From positions 4,476-68,475 of the forward strand of contig CAYPAV010000005.1 in NCBI GenBank assembly GCA_964408805.1: a stretch of DNA of 64,000 nt, written 5' to 3'. Both the position numbers and the translations under genes were made by a program. Source of the stretch: an uncultured Rhodospirillaceae bacterium. Lineage in GTDB: Bacteria > Pseudomonadota > Alphaproteobacteria > UBA8366. This document shows, piece by piece, positions 1 to 9,493 of the stretch (position 1 is its first letter; each line of letters opens with the position of its first letter). Below the pieces are notes generated by a model that was not told the DNA's origin, made no database searches, and saw nothing but the letters and a program-made list of their open reading frames with translations.

Positions 1-529
1 GGCCGAGCTCCTTGGCCAAGGATTTGCCGAGCGCGATGGTGCCCCCTCGCGACGTCGCGGCCATGGAGATATTTGCCTCGCCAATGCGCGAGCTGTCGCC
101 GACAAGGCTGACAATGCGACCGCTGTTCCGTTCGATCATATGCGGCGCTACCGCATGGCAGCAGTGGATCGCGCCATAGAGGCAGGTGTCGATTTGGATT
201 TTCCAATCCGCCGGTCCGGATTCCACGAACCGTTGGATTTTCACATAGCCGGCATTATTGATCAGGATGTCGATTCCGCCCCAATCGTCGATAATCCGCG
301 CCACCATCGCTTTGACCTGATCATAGTCCGATATGTCGGCTTGATACGCTGCCGCCCGGCCGCCCGCATCCTCGATCATCTTGACGCATTCGGCCGCCTC
401 GTCGTCGGATTTCCGATAATTGACCGCGACAATCGCACCATCCGCCGCCAGTTGCCGCGATATTTCACGTCCCGTATCCCGGCCACCTCCGGTGACCAGG
501 GCTATCTTGCCTTCGAGACTGAGTTCCAT
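1..529 (-). CDS. SDR family oxidoreductase (FabG-like); the 3' end runs off the window
   Basis: Reverse translation from the ATG at 529 gives MELSLEGKIALVTGGGRDTGREISRQLAADGAIVAVNYRK...DILINNAG. It carries the Rossmann TGxxxGxG and NNAG motifs. It is absent from the ORF track because no stop lies inside the window. Confidence 0.85.
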   Translation of the reverse strand, partial: MELSLEGKIALVTGGGRDTGREISRQLAADGAIVAVNYRKSDDEAAECVKMIEDAGGRAAAYQADISDYDQVKAMVARIIDDWGGIDILINNAGYVKIQRFVESGPADWKIQIDTCLYGAIHCCHAVAPHMIERNSGRIVSLVGDSSRIGEANISMAATSRGGTIALGKSLAKELG

Positions 530-534
530 GTTTT

Positions 535-2913
535 CTAATTACCTCCGGATCGTTCTCGTGCCGCGGTCACCAGTCGGTGAAGCCGTGCGGGTGTAATCGG
601 TAGTTCCACGATATCTATGCCAAACGGCGACAGCGCGTCGGCAACGGCGTTGGCAATCGCCGCCGGTGCCCCGATCGTGCCGCCCTCACCCATGCCTCGG
701 TAGCCGCCGATCGTCCCTGCCGCCTCGGTGTCGAGATGGGCAACGTCCAGCGCCGGCACCTCGACGGCGGTCGGCACGGCATACTCCGCCAGGTTGGCGG
801 AGAGGATCTGGCCGGCCTCGTCATGCACGACTTCCTCGTAGAGCGCGGCGCCGATCCCTTGTGCCACGCCGCCACGGACTTGCCCGTCGACGATCATGGG
901 GTTGATCACACGGCCGCAATCCTCGGCAACAAAATAGCGTTTGACGTCGACCTCGTAGGTCTCGGAATCGATCTCCACGACGGCAATGTGAGTGGCCGAC
1001 GTCGTCGTCCCGAACTGCGGATCGTAGAGCTTGGTCGCTCTGAGATCGAGAGTCTCGCGCATTTCCGGCGGAAACCGGCCCATCTCCGAATAGACGGCGC
1101 GACCGAGCTCCGCCAGGCTCAGTTTCCTGTTGAGGCCCTTCGCCTCGATCAGGCCATCCTCGATGTCGATGTCGTCCCTTTCCACTTCCAATATGAACGC
1201 GGCGGCCTCCACGACCTTCTCCCGAACGGTTCGCGCGGAAAGGTGGGCGGCGCCACCGGCCAGAACGGTGCTGCGACTGGCATAGGTGCCGGTGCTATGC
1301 GTCACCGCCGCACTGTCGCCGTGAACCACACGCACGTCTTCGACTCGAACCCCTAACTCCTCGGCCACGATTTGCGCCAATGTCGTCTCCAACCCTTGGC
1401 CGTGCGAGGCGATACCGAACGTCGCCGTCACCGCACCCGAGGCGTCGATCTCGACGGTCGCACTTTCAGTGCCGGTGTTGATCGGCATGCCGGGCGCCGC
1501 GGACATGCGCGATCCGATACCGGTCAATTCGGCATAGGACGCAATACCGATTCCGACCCATCGGCCGGCGGCGCGCGCGGCCCGCCGCTCCGCCTTCAAG
1601 GTCTCGTATCCGATGCCGTCGCAGGCGCGTTGCAGACAGTCGTCGAAGCCGGACCTATCCCACACGATCCCGGACGCCGTCTTGTAGGGGAACTGGTCTT
1701 GCTTGACGAAATTCAACGCTCGGATCGCGGCCGGATCCATCGACAGTTCCGCCGCGGCCATGTCCATCAAGCGCTCCAATACGAACGCCGCGGCCGGCCG
1801 GCCGACGCCGCGATAGGGCCCGGTCGGCGGTTTATTCGTCGTGACGACGCTGACCCGGCCGGAATAATTGGGCATGACGTAAGGGCCGGGCAGGAAACCC
1901 GCGACCTGCATCGGCTCCAACGCCGCGGTCCAGGGATAGATCGAACCGGCGCCGGCATCGCCCAGAATGTCCGCCTGGATACCGAGCAACCGCCCGTCGG
2001 CATCCAACGCCAACTCCGCCTCGACGGTTTCATCGAACGCCTGGCTTGTCGACGTCAGGTCCTCCCGCCGATCGCTGACCCATTTGACCGGCCGACCCAG
2101 GTGACGGGAAAGCACGCAAACGAGGATCTCCTCCGGATAAAGCGACGCCTTGGAACCGAAACCGCCGCCCACGTCGGGTGCGACGACACGGATGCTGTGT
2201 CCCGGCATGTCCAGCACCTCGACCAGTGCGTCCCGGATAATTCCCGGAACCTGCGTCGACGAGTACAGGGTGAGCGCGCGCTTGCCTTTACTGTAATCCG
2301 CAAGATAGCTCCGGGTTTCGATCGCAACCGGGGTCTTGCGGTGAATTCGGAATCGGCCCGACACCCGCACGGAAGCGGCCGCGAAAGCCGCCGGCACATC
2401 GCCGCGCTCGAATGTGCGTTGGACAAGCAGGTTGCTGTCGTGACCGTCATGAAGGACTGTTTCGGTTTCCTCCAACGCGGCCGTTGCCGAGACGATCGGC
2501 GGAAGCGGCTCGTAATCGACCTTCACCGCGGCGAGGGCATCTTCAGCGCAGTGCCGGCTTTTGGCGGCGACGGCGACAACCGGTTCGCCGACATAGCGCA
2601 CCTTGTCGCGGGCCAGCGCGTTAAACGGCGTGCTGCGATATCCCTTCATGGTCGACATCGCGTAAATCGTGCGCGCGCGGCGCTGCAACTGTTCGGCCGT
2701 GAACACGCATACGACATCCGGCATTTTCTCGGCGGCGCCGACCTCGATGCCGAGAATGCGGGCATGCGCGCGGTCGCTCCGAAGAATCGCGACATGCAGC
2801 GTGCCGTCTCGTTTAAGGTCGTCGACAAAAGCGCCATTGCCGGAAAGCAGCCGGGGGTCTTCCAGCCGCTTCACCGGAGAGCCTATGATCTTCGGCCGCG
2901 TGTCAAAATCCAT
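535..2913 (-). CDS. xanthine dehydrogenase / aldehyde oxidase family molybdopterin-binding subunit (CoxL-like)
   Basis: A 792-aa ORF with the family-typical N-terminus IGSPVKRLEDPRLLSGNGAFVDD. The active-site loop region reads GPYRGVGRP. The long antisense ORFs over it are Arg/Gly/Pro-rich shadows. Confidence 0.9.
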   Translation of the reverse strand: MDFDTRPKIIGSPVKRLEDPRLLSGNGAFVDDLKRDGTLHVAILRSDRAHARILGIEVGAAEKMPDVVCVFTAEQLQRRARTIYAMSTMKGYRSTPFNALARDKVRYVGEPVVAVAAKSRHCAEDALAAVKVDYEPLPPIVSATAALEETETVLHDGHDSNLLVQRTFERGDVPAAFAAASVRVSGRFRIHRKTPVAIETRSYLADYSKGKRALTLYSSTQVPGIIRDALVEVLDMPGHSIRVVAPDVGGGFGSKASLYPEEILVCVLSRHLGRPVKWVSDRREDLTSTSQAFDETVEAELALDADGRLLGIQADILGDAGAGSIYPWTAALEPMQVAGFLPGPYVMPNYSGRVSVVTTNKPPTGPYRGVGRPAAAFVLERLMDMAAAELSMDPAAIRALNFVKQDQFPYKTASGIVWDRSGFDDCLQRACDGIGYETLKAERRAARAAGRWVGIGIASYAELTGIGSRMSAAPGMPINTGTESATVEIDASGAVTATFGIASHGQGLETTLAQIVAEELGVRVEDVRVVHGDSAAVTHSTGTYASRSTVLAGGAAHLSARTVREKVVEAAAFILEVERDDIDIEDGLIEAKGLNRKLSLAELGRAVYSEMGRFPPEMRETLDLRATKLYDPQFGTTTSATHIAVVEIDSETYEVDVKRYFVAEDCGRVINPMIVDGQVRGGVAQGIGAALYEEVVHDEAGQILSANLAEYAVPTAVEVPALDVAHLDTEAAGTIGGYRGMGEGGTIGAPAAIANAVADALSPFGIDIVELPITPARLHRLVTAARERSGGN

Positions 2914-3013
2914 GGGATCGTCCCGCCCCCGGATTACTAAACATTACCTTCCAAAAACACGAAATCTCGCCCAATTCCCGCGACGGTTTCGGGGAGGCTG
3001 CCGGTGAAATCGC

Positions 3014-3841
3014 TCATGCTGCGTTCTCCCAGCCCCACCAAGCTGAAATCGCCTCGCCCATGACGAGTTTCTTGTCCTCGCCGCCGAGCCAGGGCAATTC
3101 CTCGGTGAACATGTCCACGCATTCGCGCCACGAGCACGGCATCTTCGAGATGTCGGTGCCCCAGAACATACGGTTCGGCCCGAAGGCATCGTAAATCTGT
3201 TGAAGGTATGTATGCATCGCGGGAAACGGATAGGCCTCGCTGGAATAGCCGGGTGCGCCCGTCGCCTTGACCGCCACATTGGGGAATTTCGCCAGCGCCA
3301 GAAGCTCGGGCATGTGGGTCATGGCTTCGGCATCCTTGAGCGTGGTATTGCCGCCGCGCCCGCCGAGGTGATCGATGGTCAAACGAAGACCGGGATGGCG
3401 CTCGGCGATTTGCCCGAAGAGGGCGAGCGAATCCGTCGCCAGCGCCGAGATCGGTACCCCGGCGCGTTCGGCGGCCGGCCAGAGCCAGTCCAACTCGCCG
3501 TCGTGCAGCCATCGTTTAGCGGGCTCGCTCAGGAAGGTATATCGGAGACCGAGCATGCCCGGTTGGTCTCGCCAATTCGCGATCCGCGATCGGGAGTCCG
3601 GATGGTCGAGCGGCAGCGACCCCATGATCGCGAACCGGCCGGGGTAGGTCCGCACCGCCTCGAACGCCATGTCGCTCGACCCCGGATCCCAGCTCGGCGG
3701 ATGGATGACCGCAGCGTCGACTCCGCCCTCATCCATCAGTGCGATCGCCTCCTCGGGCGTAAAGGACGTCACCTGCCAATGCGCTTGATTGCTTGGCAAG
3801 CCGGTTCCCCAGACGTGAATTTGAGCGTCGACGATCTGCAT
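3014..3841 (-). CDS. amidohydrolase family protein (amidohydrolase_2-like metal-dependent hydrolase)
   Basis: MQIVDAQIHVWG... is the N-terminal metal-ligand motif typical of this family. The start is re-set to the internal ATG at 3841; the ORF track extends it to 3895. Confidence 0.8.
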   Translation of the reverse strand: MQIVDAQIHVWGTGLPSNQAHWQVTSFTPEEAIALMDEGGVDAAVIHPPSWDPGSSDMAFEAVRTYPGRFAIMGSLPLDHPDSRSRIANWRDQPGMLGLRYTFLSEPAKRWLHDGELDWLWPAAERAGVPISALATDSLALFGQIAERHPGLRLTIDHLGGRGGNTTLKDAEAMTHMPELLALAKFPNVAVKATGAPGYSSEAYPFPAMHTYLQQIYDAFGPNRMFWGTDISKMPCSWRECVDMFTEELPWLGGEDKKLVMGEAISAWWGWENAA

Positions 3842-4146
3842 CGCGTTTTCGTCCTTCAATGGTTGGGTGTTCTCAGGTCCGGCATGACGATGCACGGCGG
3901 CCGATGACGAACCCTCTTTCCTGAACGCAAATGGCGCCCGCGCACCAGGGGCTTCGTGGAAAGCGGCACATCGGTGACCGCGGAATCGAATACGCGCATG
4001 GCATCCTTCGGGTTCAGCTTGATTGGGAACTTGGAAAAGATAACGCGGCGAGGTGAGTATCGCCCAACTAAAAGAACACTTCCCGGCCCAATGACGGAAT
4101 CCACCGCAAGGCCGGGGATTTTATGCGTTGGCGGCCTGCCCGCGCG

Positions 4147-4353
4147 CTATTTCTCGTCGACGATCTTCTCCCGCGCCTTATTGACCATCTTTACGCAGCC
4201 CTTCTTTTTGCCCTTGGCCAGCAACGACTTCGCCTTCTTAATCCACTTTTCGATGGCCTCGATCGCGCCCGTTTTGACCTCGGGGACCTCCATTAATTCC
4301 TTCTCGGCTAACGCGATATCTTCGGCGCAGTCGGCCATCGCGGGCGTGACCAT
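4147..4353 (-). CDS. small Lys-rich hypothetical protein, probably the mature part of an exported protein (see the frameshift finding)
   Basis: A 68-aa ORF, MVTPAMADCAEDIALAEKEL...KKKGCVKMVNKAREKIVDEK. A signal-peptide-like ORF starts at 4408 one frame off. The locus is visibly more A/T-rich than its flanks. Confidence 0.5.
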   Translation of the reverse strand: MVTPAMADCAEDIALAEKELMEVPEVKTGAIEAIEKWIKKAKSLLAKGKKKGCVKMVNKAREKIVDEK

Positions 4354-4739
4354 GGGGCTGGCGAGGATAAAAAATTGCGAGGACGGCGCTCAAGAGTACT
4401 TTTGTCATCGTCTTGTCATTCCTTGTTGGTTTTAAGTTTTTGAACCTGGGAGGCGCCGACCAAACGGGAAACGCCGACGGCCCTCCGCGGTGGGTTATTG
4501 CTTCAAGTAGCTATTGTATCCCGACGCCCTCCGCGTCAAACCTTAGTATAATACCTCTTTCTTTATTCGATCCGGAACACCTGCACGAGGCTACCGAGGC
4601 CCGCTTCGGGTCGATACCAGGACTTTCAGGAAACCACGGCGAACGACCGATTGACGCCGAACGGCGGACCTTGCTTAGCGGAGACTCCGCAATCGAGCTC
4701 GCCGCCCTTAACGGGATTACATTTCGCCTCGCGCCGGCC

Positions 4740-4924
4740 TAGCTTATCAATGTGATCGAAAGGGATAATTGCCGATGTCATGGGAACCGGACCTCGACGA
4801 ATTGAAGTAACGGGCGACCAAGACCGACCAGCTGGACGGGTCCGAGCGGGTCGAGATGCCGGCTGATGACGGGTGCTCCCACGAGGTCGGCAAGATCGCC
4901 GGGAAGACGATTACACGATTCGAG
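4740..4924 (+). pseudogene. decayed duplicate of the upstream region plus the first ~50 codons of the carboxyltransferase gene at 6335
   Basis: tagcttatcaatgtgatcgaaagg...gccgatgtcatgggaaccgga matches 6300 onward almost exactly. Translation gives MSWEPDLDELK, then TAA at 4808-4810. Residual similarity follows: ERVEMPADDGCSHEVGKIAGKT versus ERVVMLADEGSFHEIGKIAGMA. It lacks 45 nt that in the intact copy lie between two gagcgggtc repeats. Confidence 0.75.
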
Positions 4925-4989
4925 ACCTGACCATATAGGTGCTATGCCGCTCCGGTGGCGATCCAATCAACAAGAAGAACGACCCCACC

Positions 4990-6207
4990 ATGAGCTATGC
5001 GATTTCCCCAACGACCCCGGCCGGCGAGCGCCTCATTGCCGCGGCCAGCGACCTCATCGAAACGTTTCGGGCCCGGGCCGACGCGGCGGATCGGGCGAAC
5101 GAGGTTTGCGCGGAAAACTATACCGACCTGCAACGGAGCGGCGTCGCGGCGGCGTTCGTGCCGGAGGAACTCGGCGGAATGGGCCTCCGCTCCATTCACG
5201 ACTGGACGCTGGCCATCGCCACACTTGCCAAGGGCGACGGCTCGGCCGCGATCGCGATCAGCATGCATTTTTCGGCGACGCGCGGGTTGGCGGCCCTCTA
5301 CCGGGGCAGCGAGGCCGGCTCCGCCCCCCAGCTTCGGGCCAAGGCGATCCTCGAGGCGGTTGCCAGGCGCGAGATGCTCATTTGCTCCACGACCACGGAA
5401 CGGGGCACGGACAATCTTCATCCCCTGGCGGAAGCGACGTGGACGGAGGAAGGCTGGCGGCTCAATGGGGCGAAGCACTTCGTCACCATGTCGCCCCTGG
5501 CGACCCACGTCGCCAGCAATGTGCGCATGCGCGATGCGGAGGGCGATCACATCGCCAACGTCCTCCTGCCCATGACGACGGAAGGGCTTCGGCAGCTGGG
5601 CGATTGGGATGCGCTCGGCATGCGCGCCTCGGGAAGCCAGTCGATACAATTCGAGAATTGCCTGGTGCCCCACGATGCGTTGCGCACGATCGGCCCTTGG
5701 GGACAGTGGAGCATTCCGGTCCTGGTGCATCGAACGATGGCGAACGTGCCGTTGGTCGGCGCGTTCCTCGGCATCGCGGAAGCGGCGCTCCAATATGCGC
5801 TCGACGGGCAGCGGACGGACAAACGCGCCGAGACCCGATCCGGCGTGCATCATGCGCTGGCGGAAATGGAGATATTGCTCGCGACCTCGCAAAGCATCCT
5901 GGCGCGGCTGGGCGAACGGCTCGATGCGTTCATGGCCGAGACCAACGGGGGCGCCACGGCGACCATCGAGCAAGGCCATGAATTGATGAAGGATTATCAA
6001 AGCGCCAAATGGGTCGTGAACCGGCACGCGATCGACATCGTCAGTCAGGCCATGGATTTGAGCGGCGGCGGTGGATATTTGGCGCGAAATCCGCTCTCGC
6101 GCTTGTATCGGGACGTGAGAGCGGGACCGTTCATGCAGCCTTATTCCCCCATCGATGCGCGTGAATACATGGGCAAGGTGCTTCTCGGCGCATATCCCGA
6201 GATGTGA
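4990..6207 (+). CDS. acyl-CoA dehydrogenase family protein
   Basis: About 405 aa with ACAD-like architecture (N-terminal helical, middle beta and C-terminal helical segments). The C-terminal region reads ...AMDLSGGGGYLARNPLSRLYRDVRAGPFMQP. The start is re-set to the ATG at 4990 (MSYAISP...). Confidence 0.85.
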   Translation: MSYAISPTTPAGERLIAAASDLIETFRARADAADRANEVCAENYTDLQRSGVAAAFVPEELGGMGLRSIHDWTLAIATLAKGDGSAAIAISMHFSATRGLAALYRGSEAGSAPQLRAKAILEAVARREMLICSTTTERGTDNLHPLAEATWTEEGWRLNGAKHFVTMSPLATHVASNVRMRDAEGDHIANVLLPMTTEGLRQLGDWDALGMRASGSQSIQFENCLVPHDALRTIGPWGQWSIPVLVHRTMANVPLVGAFLGIAEAALQYALDGQRTDKRAETRSGVHHALAEMEILLATSQSILARLGERLDAFMAETNGGATATIEQGHELMKDYQSAKWVVNRHAIDIVSQAMDLSGGGGYLARNPLSRLYRDVRAGPFMQPYSPIDAREYMGKVLLGAYPEM

Positions 6208-6334
6208 CGCGGGGCAAGGGTTCGTCGGCGGATGTGACGACGCGATCCTCCGCGGGGCCCGCCGCTCCCGCCGGGAATACATTTCCCCCGTCTCCGACAT
6301 AGCTTATCAATGTGATCGAAAGGGGAATTTGCCG

Positions 6335-7882
6335 ATGTCATGGGAACCGGAACTCGAGGAATTGAAGCGACGGGCGGCCTTCGCCGACGAGCTGGGTGGC
6401 CCCGAGCGGGTCCAGCGCCAGAAGGATGGCGGGCGCTACACGATCCGCGAGCGGGTCGTGATGCTGGCCGACGAAGGGTCCTTCCATGAGATCGGCAAGA
6501 TCGCCGGCATGGCGGAGTACGATTCAAAGAATGATCTGGAGAAGCTGACGCCGTCGAATTTCGTCTTCGGCCGCGCGACGCTTGACGGCCGGCCGGTAAT
6601 CATCGGCGGCGACGATTTCACGGTTCGCGGCGGCTCCGCCGACGCCACCATCAAGGAAAAGCACAATCTCTGCGAAAAGATGGCGAATTCGCTCCGCCTG
6701 CCGCTGGTGCGCCTGGTTGAGGGATCGGGCGGCGGCGGGTCGGTCAAGACGATCGAGACGACCGGCCGCGCCAATGTGCCGGGCGTGCAGGGCTGGGACA
6801 CCGTGGTCGAGAATATGGGCACCGTGCCGCGCGTCGCCCTTGGTCTCGGCTCTGTCGCGGGGCTGGGAGCAGCGCATCTCGCCGCCGCCCATTATTCGGT
6901 CATGATCAAGGAGAAGTCGGCCCTCTTTGTTGCCGGTCCGCCGGTCGTGGAACGGACCGGCCAGAAACTGACCAAGAACGAGCTTGGCGGCTGGCGCATC
7001 CAGTTGAAGGCGGGGGCTGTCGACGACGCGGTCGACACCGAAGAAGAGGCTTTCGAGCGTGCCCGGCAATTCCTGTCCTATCTGCCGCCCTCGGTTCATG
7101 AACTGCCGCCGCGCGGCCCCCGGGACGACGACCCGAACCGGCGCGTCGAATGGCTGATCGACGCCATCCCTCGCGATCTTCGCAAGGTCTACAAGATGCG
7201 CCCGATCGTCGAGGCGGTGGTCGACGAGGGCTCGTTCTTCGAGTTCGGCCAGATGTACGGCCGCTCGGTAATCACCGGCCTGGCACGGCTAGACGGCTGG
7301 CCGGTGGCGATAATGGCGAGCGATCCCTATTCCTATGGCGGCTGTTGGACGGCCGATACCTGCCGAAAGGTGGAGCGATTCGTCGACACCGCCGAGACCT
7401 TCCATCTTCCGGTGGTCTATCTGGTGGATTGCCCCGGCTTCCAAGTCGGGCTCGAGGCGGAACAGAACGGCACCATCAAGGAAGGGGTGCGCGCGATGAG
7501 TGCCATTTGGCAAACCACTATGCCGTGGTGCGCCATGATCGTCCGCAACGTCTTCGGCGTCGCAGGCGCCGCGCACAAGAACGGCGGGCGCTTCTGCACC
7601 CGCTATGCCTGGCCGTCCGGCCGCTGGGGTTCGCTACCGCTCGAAGGCGGGATCGAGGCGGCCTACCGCGCCGATATCGCCGATGCCGACGATCCCGACG
7701 CCAAACTGGCCGAGATCGAGGACCGGCTCAATAAGCTCCGCTCGCCCTTCCGCTCGGCCGAAACCTTTTGGATCGAGGAGATCGTCGATCCGCGCGAGAC
7801 GCGGAGCCTGCTTTGCGATTTCGCCAACACCGCGGCCCCGCTCCGCGAACCCGGCCCGCGCATGCATATGATGCGGCCGTAA
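6335..7882 (+). CDS. acyl-CoA carboxylase carboxyltransferase (beta-subunit, PccB/AccD5-like) family protein
   Basis: MSWEPELEELKRRAAFADELGGPERVQRQKDGGRYTIRERV...DDFTVRGGSADA...GLGSVAGLGAA... is a typical carboxyl_trans domain. The start is re-set from 6155 to the ATG at 6335. Confidence 0.85.
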   Translation: MSWEPELEELKRRAAFADELGGPERVQRQKDGGRYTIRERVVMLADEGSFHEIGKIAGMAEYDSKNDLEKLTPSNFVFGRATLDGRPVIIGGDDFTVRGGSADATIKEKHNLCEKMANSLRLPLVRLVEGSGGGGSVKTIETTGRANVPGVQGWDTVVENMGTVPRVALGLGSVAGLGAAHLAAAHYSVMIKEKSALFVAGPPVVERTGQKLTKNELGGWRIQLKAGAVDDAVDTEEEAFERARQFLSYLPPSVHELPPRGPRDDDPNRRVEWLIDAIPRDLRKVYKMRPIVEAVVDEGSFFEFGQMYGRSVITGLARLDGWPVAIMASDPYSYGGCWTADTCRKVERFVDTAETFHLPVVYLVDCPGFQVGLEAEQNGTIKEGVRAMSAIWQTTMPWCAMIVRNVFGVAGAAHKNGGRFCTRYAWPSGRWGSLPLEGGIEAAYRADIADADDPDAKLAEIEDRLNKLRSPFRSAETFWIEEIVDPRETRSLLCDFANTAAPLREPGPRMHMMRP

Positions 7883-7898
7883 ATAGGGAGAGCAACCC

Positions 7899-9473
7899 AT
7901 GAATACGCCGATCCTCGACACCGGAACGATCGTCGACACAACCGGCGGGCGCCTTCGCGGCACCGATCGGGACGGCGTCAAGGTTTTCAAGGGCATTCCC
8001 TACGGAGAGTCCACGGCGGTATCGGCCCGCTTCCTGCCGCCGACGCCCGCCGCCCCCTGGACCGGCGTTCGCGATACGCTCGATTTCGGGGCCCGGGCAC
8101 CGCAGCAAGAGGCGGTGATCCGCCCGGCCAATGCCTGGATTCGCGACACCCGGCCGACGGGCGAGGACTGTCTGGTCCTCAACGTCTTCACGCCAAGCAC
8201 CGAGGACGGCGCGAAGCGACCGGTGATGGTCTGGCTGCATGGCGGCGGCTATACGACCGGCACCGGCAGCGCCCCCGGTCTCGACGGCACCAATCTCGCG
8301 CGGCGCGGCGATACCGTCATCGTCACCCTGAACCATCGCCTGAACGCCTTCGGTTACAGCTATCTCGGTGAGATGGGCGACGACCGCTTCGCCGATTCCG
8401 GCAATGCGGGGATGCTCGACATTGTGCTCGCGCTTAGCTGGGTGCGCGATAATATCGCGGCGTTCGGCGGTGATGCGGGCAATGTGACGATCTTCGGCCA
8501 GTCGGGCGGCGGCTCCAAGGTCGCGGTCATGATGACGATGCCGGCGGCGAAGGGACTGTTTCAGAAGGCAATCATCCAGAGCGCCTCCTCCCACCTTCGA
8601 CTGGCAACGAAAGAGAACGCGGCCCGAGCGGCCCACGATCTGATGAGCGCGTTGGACATGCAGGGCGCCACCGCCGGGGATTTGCAAAAGGTGCCGGCCG
8701 AGGCCTATCACGCGGCCTATATGGCGACGGTCAAGGCCCACAACGCCAATGACAGCTTCCGTCCGGTCGTCGACGGCAGATCGCTCGCCAACCATCCCTT
8801 CGATCTGGACGCCGCCGATCTCGCGGCCGACGTCCCGCTCATGATCGGGTCCTGCGAGACCGAGCGGTCGTTCTACGACATCACCCGCGATCCGGCCGAA
8901 CTCCCGCTTTCAGAGGACACCCTTCGCGATCAAACCGGCCGTTTCGTTGGCATCGACGACGAGCATGCCGCCGCGCTGATCTCGGGCTACCGGGAAGGCC
9001 GGGCGGATCTATCGGCCCGCGATCTCTTCAACGTCATCACCAGCGACCATATGTATCGGCGGAACGTCGTCGAGGCGGCGGAGATCAAGTCGCGTCAGGG
9101 GGGTGCGCCCGCCTATCTCTACGAGTTCACCTGGAAGACGCCGGCACTCGACGGAATTCTCAAGACACCGCATACGCTCTGCATCCCCTTCGTCTTCGGC
9201 ACGGTCGAGACCGCCGCCGACTTCACCGGCACGGGCCCCAAACAGACGGCCCTCATGCACCGGGTGATGGACACCTGGATTGCCTTCGCGCGGACGGGAA
9301 ACCCGAACAATGCGGGGCTCCCCGACTGGCGGCCCTACGACGCGGAGACGCGGTCGACGATGATCTTCGACAATGATTGCCGCCTAGAGATGGACCCGAA
9401 GCCCGAGGACCGAGCCCGGATCGGCGCCTGCCCCCGCTTCGTCTCCGATCGGCAATGGCCGATGGCGGCTTGA
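7899..9473 (+). CDS. type-B carboxylesterase/lipase family protein
   Basis: Motifs EDCLVLNVF, WLHGGGY and the nucleophile elbow FGQSGGG. Confidence 0.9.
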   Translation: MNTPILDTGTIVDTTGGRLRGTDRDGVKVFKGIPYGESTAVSARFLPPTPAAPWTGVRDTLDFGARAPQQEAVIRPANAWIRDTRPTGEDCLVLNVFTPSTEDGAKRPVMVWLHGGGYTTGTGSAPGLDGTNLARRGDTVIVTLNHRLNAFGYSYLGEMGDDRFADSGNAGMLDIVLALSWVRDNIAAFGGDAGNVTIFGQSGGGSKVAVMMTMPAAKGLFQKAIIQSASSHLRLATKENAARAAHDLMSALDMQGATAGDLQKVPAEAYHAAYMATVKAHNANDSFRPVVDGRSLANHPFDLDAADLAADVPLMIGSCETERSFYDITRDPAELPLSEDTLRDQTGRFVGIDDEHAAALISGYREGRADLSARDLFNVITSDHMYRRNVVEAAEIKSRQGGAPAYLYEFTWKTPALDGILKTPHTLCIPFVFGTVETAADFTGTGPKQTALMHRVMDTWIAFARTGNPNNAGLPDWRPYDAETRSTMIFDNDCRLEMDPKPEDRARIGACPRFVSDRQWPMAA

Positions 9474-9493
9474 GCGCCGCCCACCCGCGTCAA

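Noticed and set aside
1372-2940. A 522-aa + strand ORF opposite the CoxL-like gene. Similar long antisense ORFs lie at 4942..6300(-), 21558..23273(-), 28447..29781(-), 43928..45079(+), 45503..46828(+), 53116..54459(-) and 38605..39447(+).
   Set aside because: Each lies fully opposite a gene with clear family motifs. All have the Arg/Pro/Gly-dominated composition expected from reading GC-rich codons in the wrong frame or strand.
3856-4104. An 82-aa minus-strand ORF upstream of the amidohydrolase.
   Set aside because: It has no RBS and no recognisable family. Parts look vaguely protein-like (PIKLNPKDAMRVFDSAVTDVP), but I cannot support a call.
4440-4490. A possible structured RNA: GGAGG-C-GCCG...CGGC-C-CTCC forms a 9-bp stem with a C.C mismatch in the 330-nt non-coding stretch 4409-4740.
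   Set aside because: It matches no riboswitch or sRNA consensus I know, has no terminator-like tail, and its strand and target are ambiguous. It is worth a covariance-model scan, but the sequence alone does not support a call.
6155-6334. A 60-codon N-terminal extension of the carboxyltransferase ORF.
   Set aside because: The duplicated copy at 4740 shows the conserved unit begins 35 nt before the ATG at 6335. MSWEPELEELK is the family-like N-terminus. The extension overlaps the ACAD 3' end.
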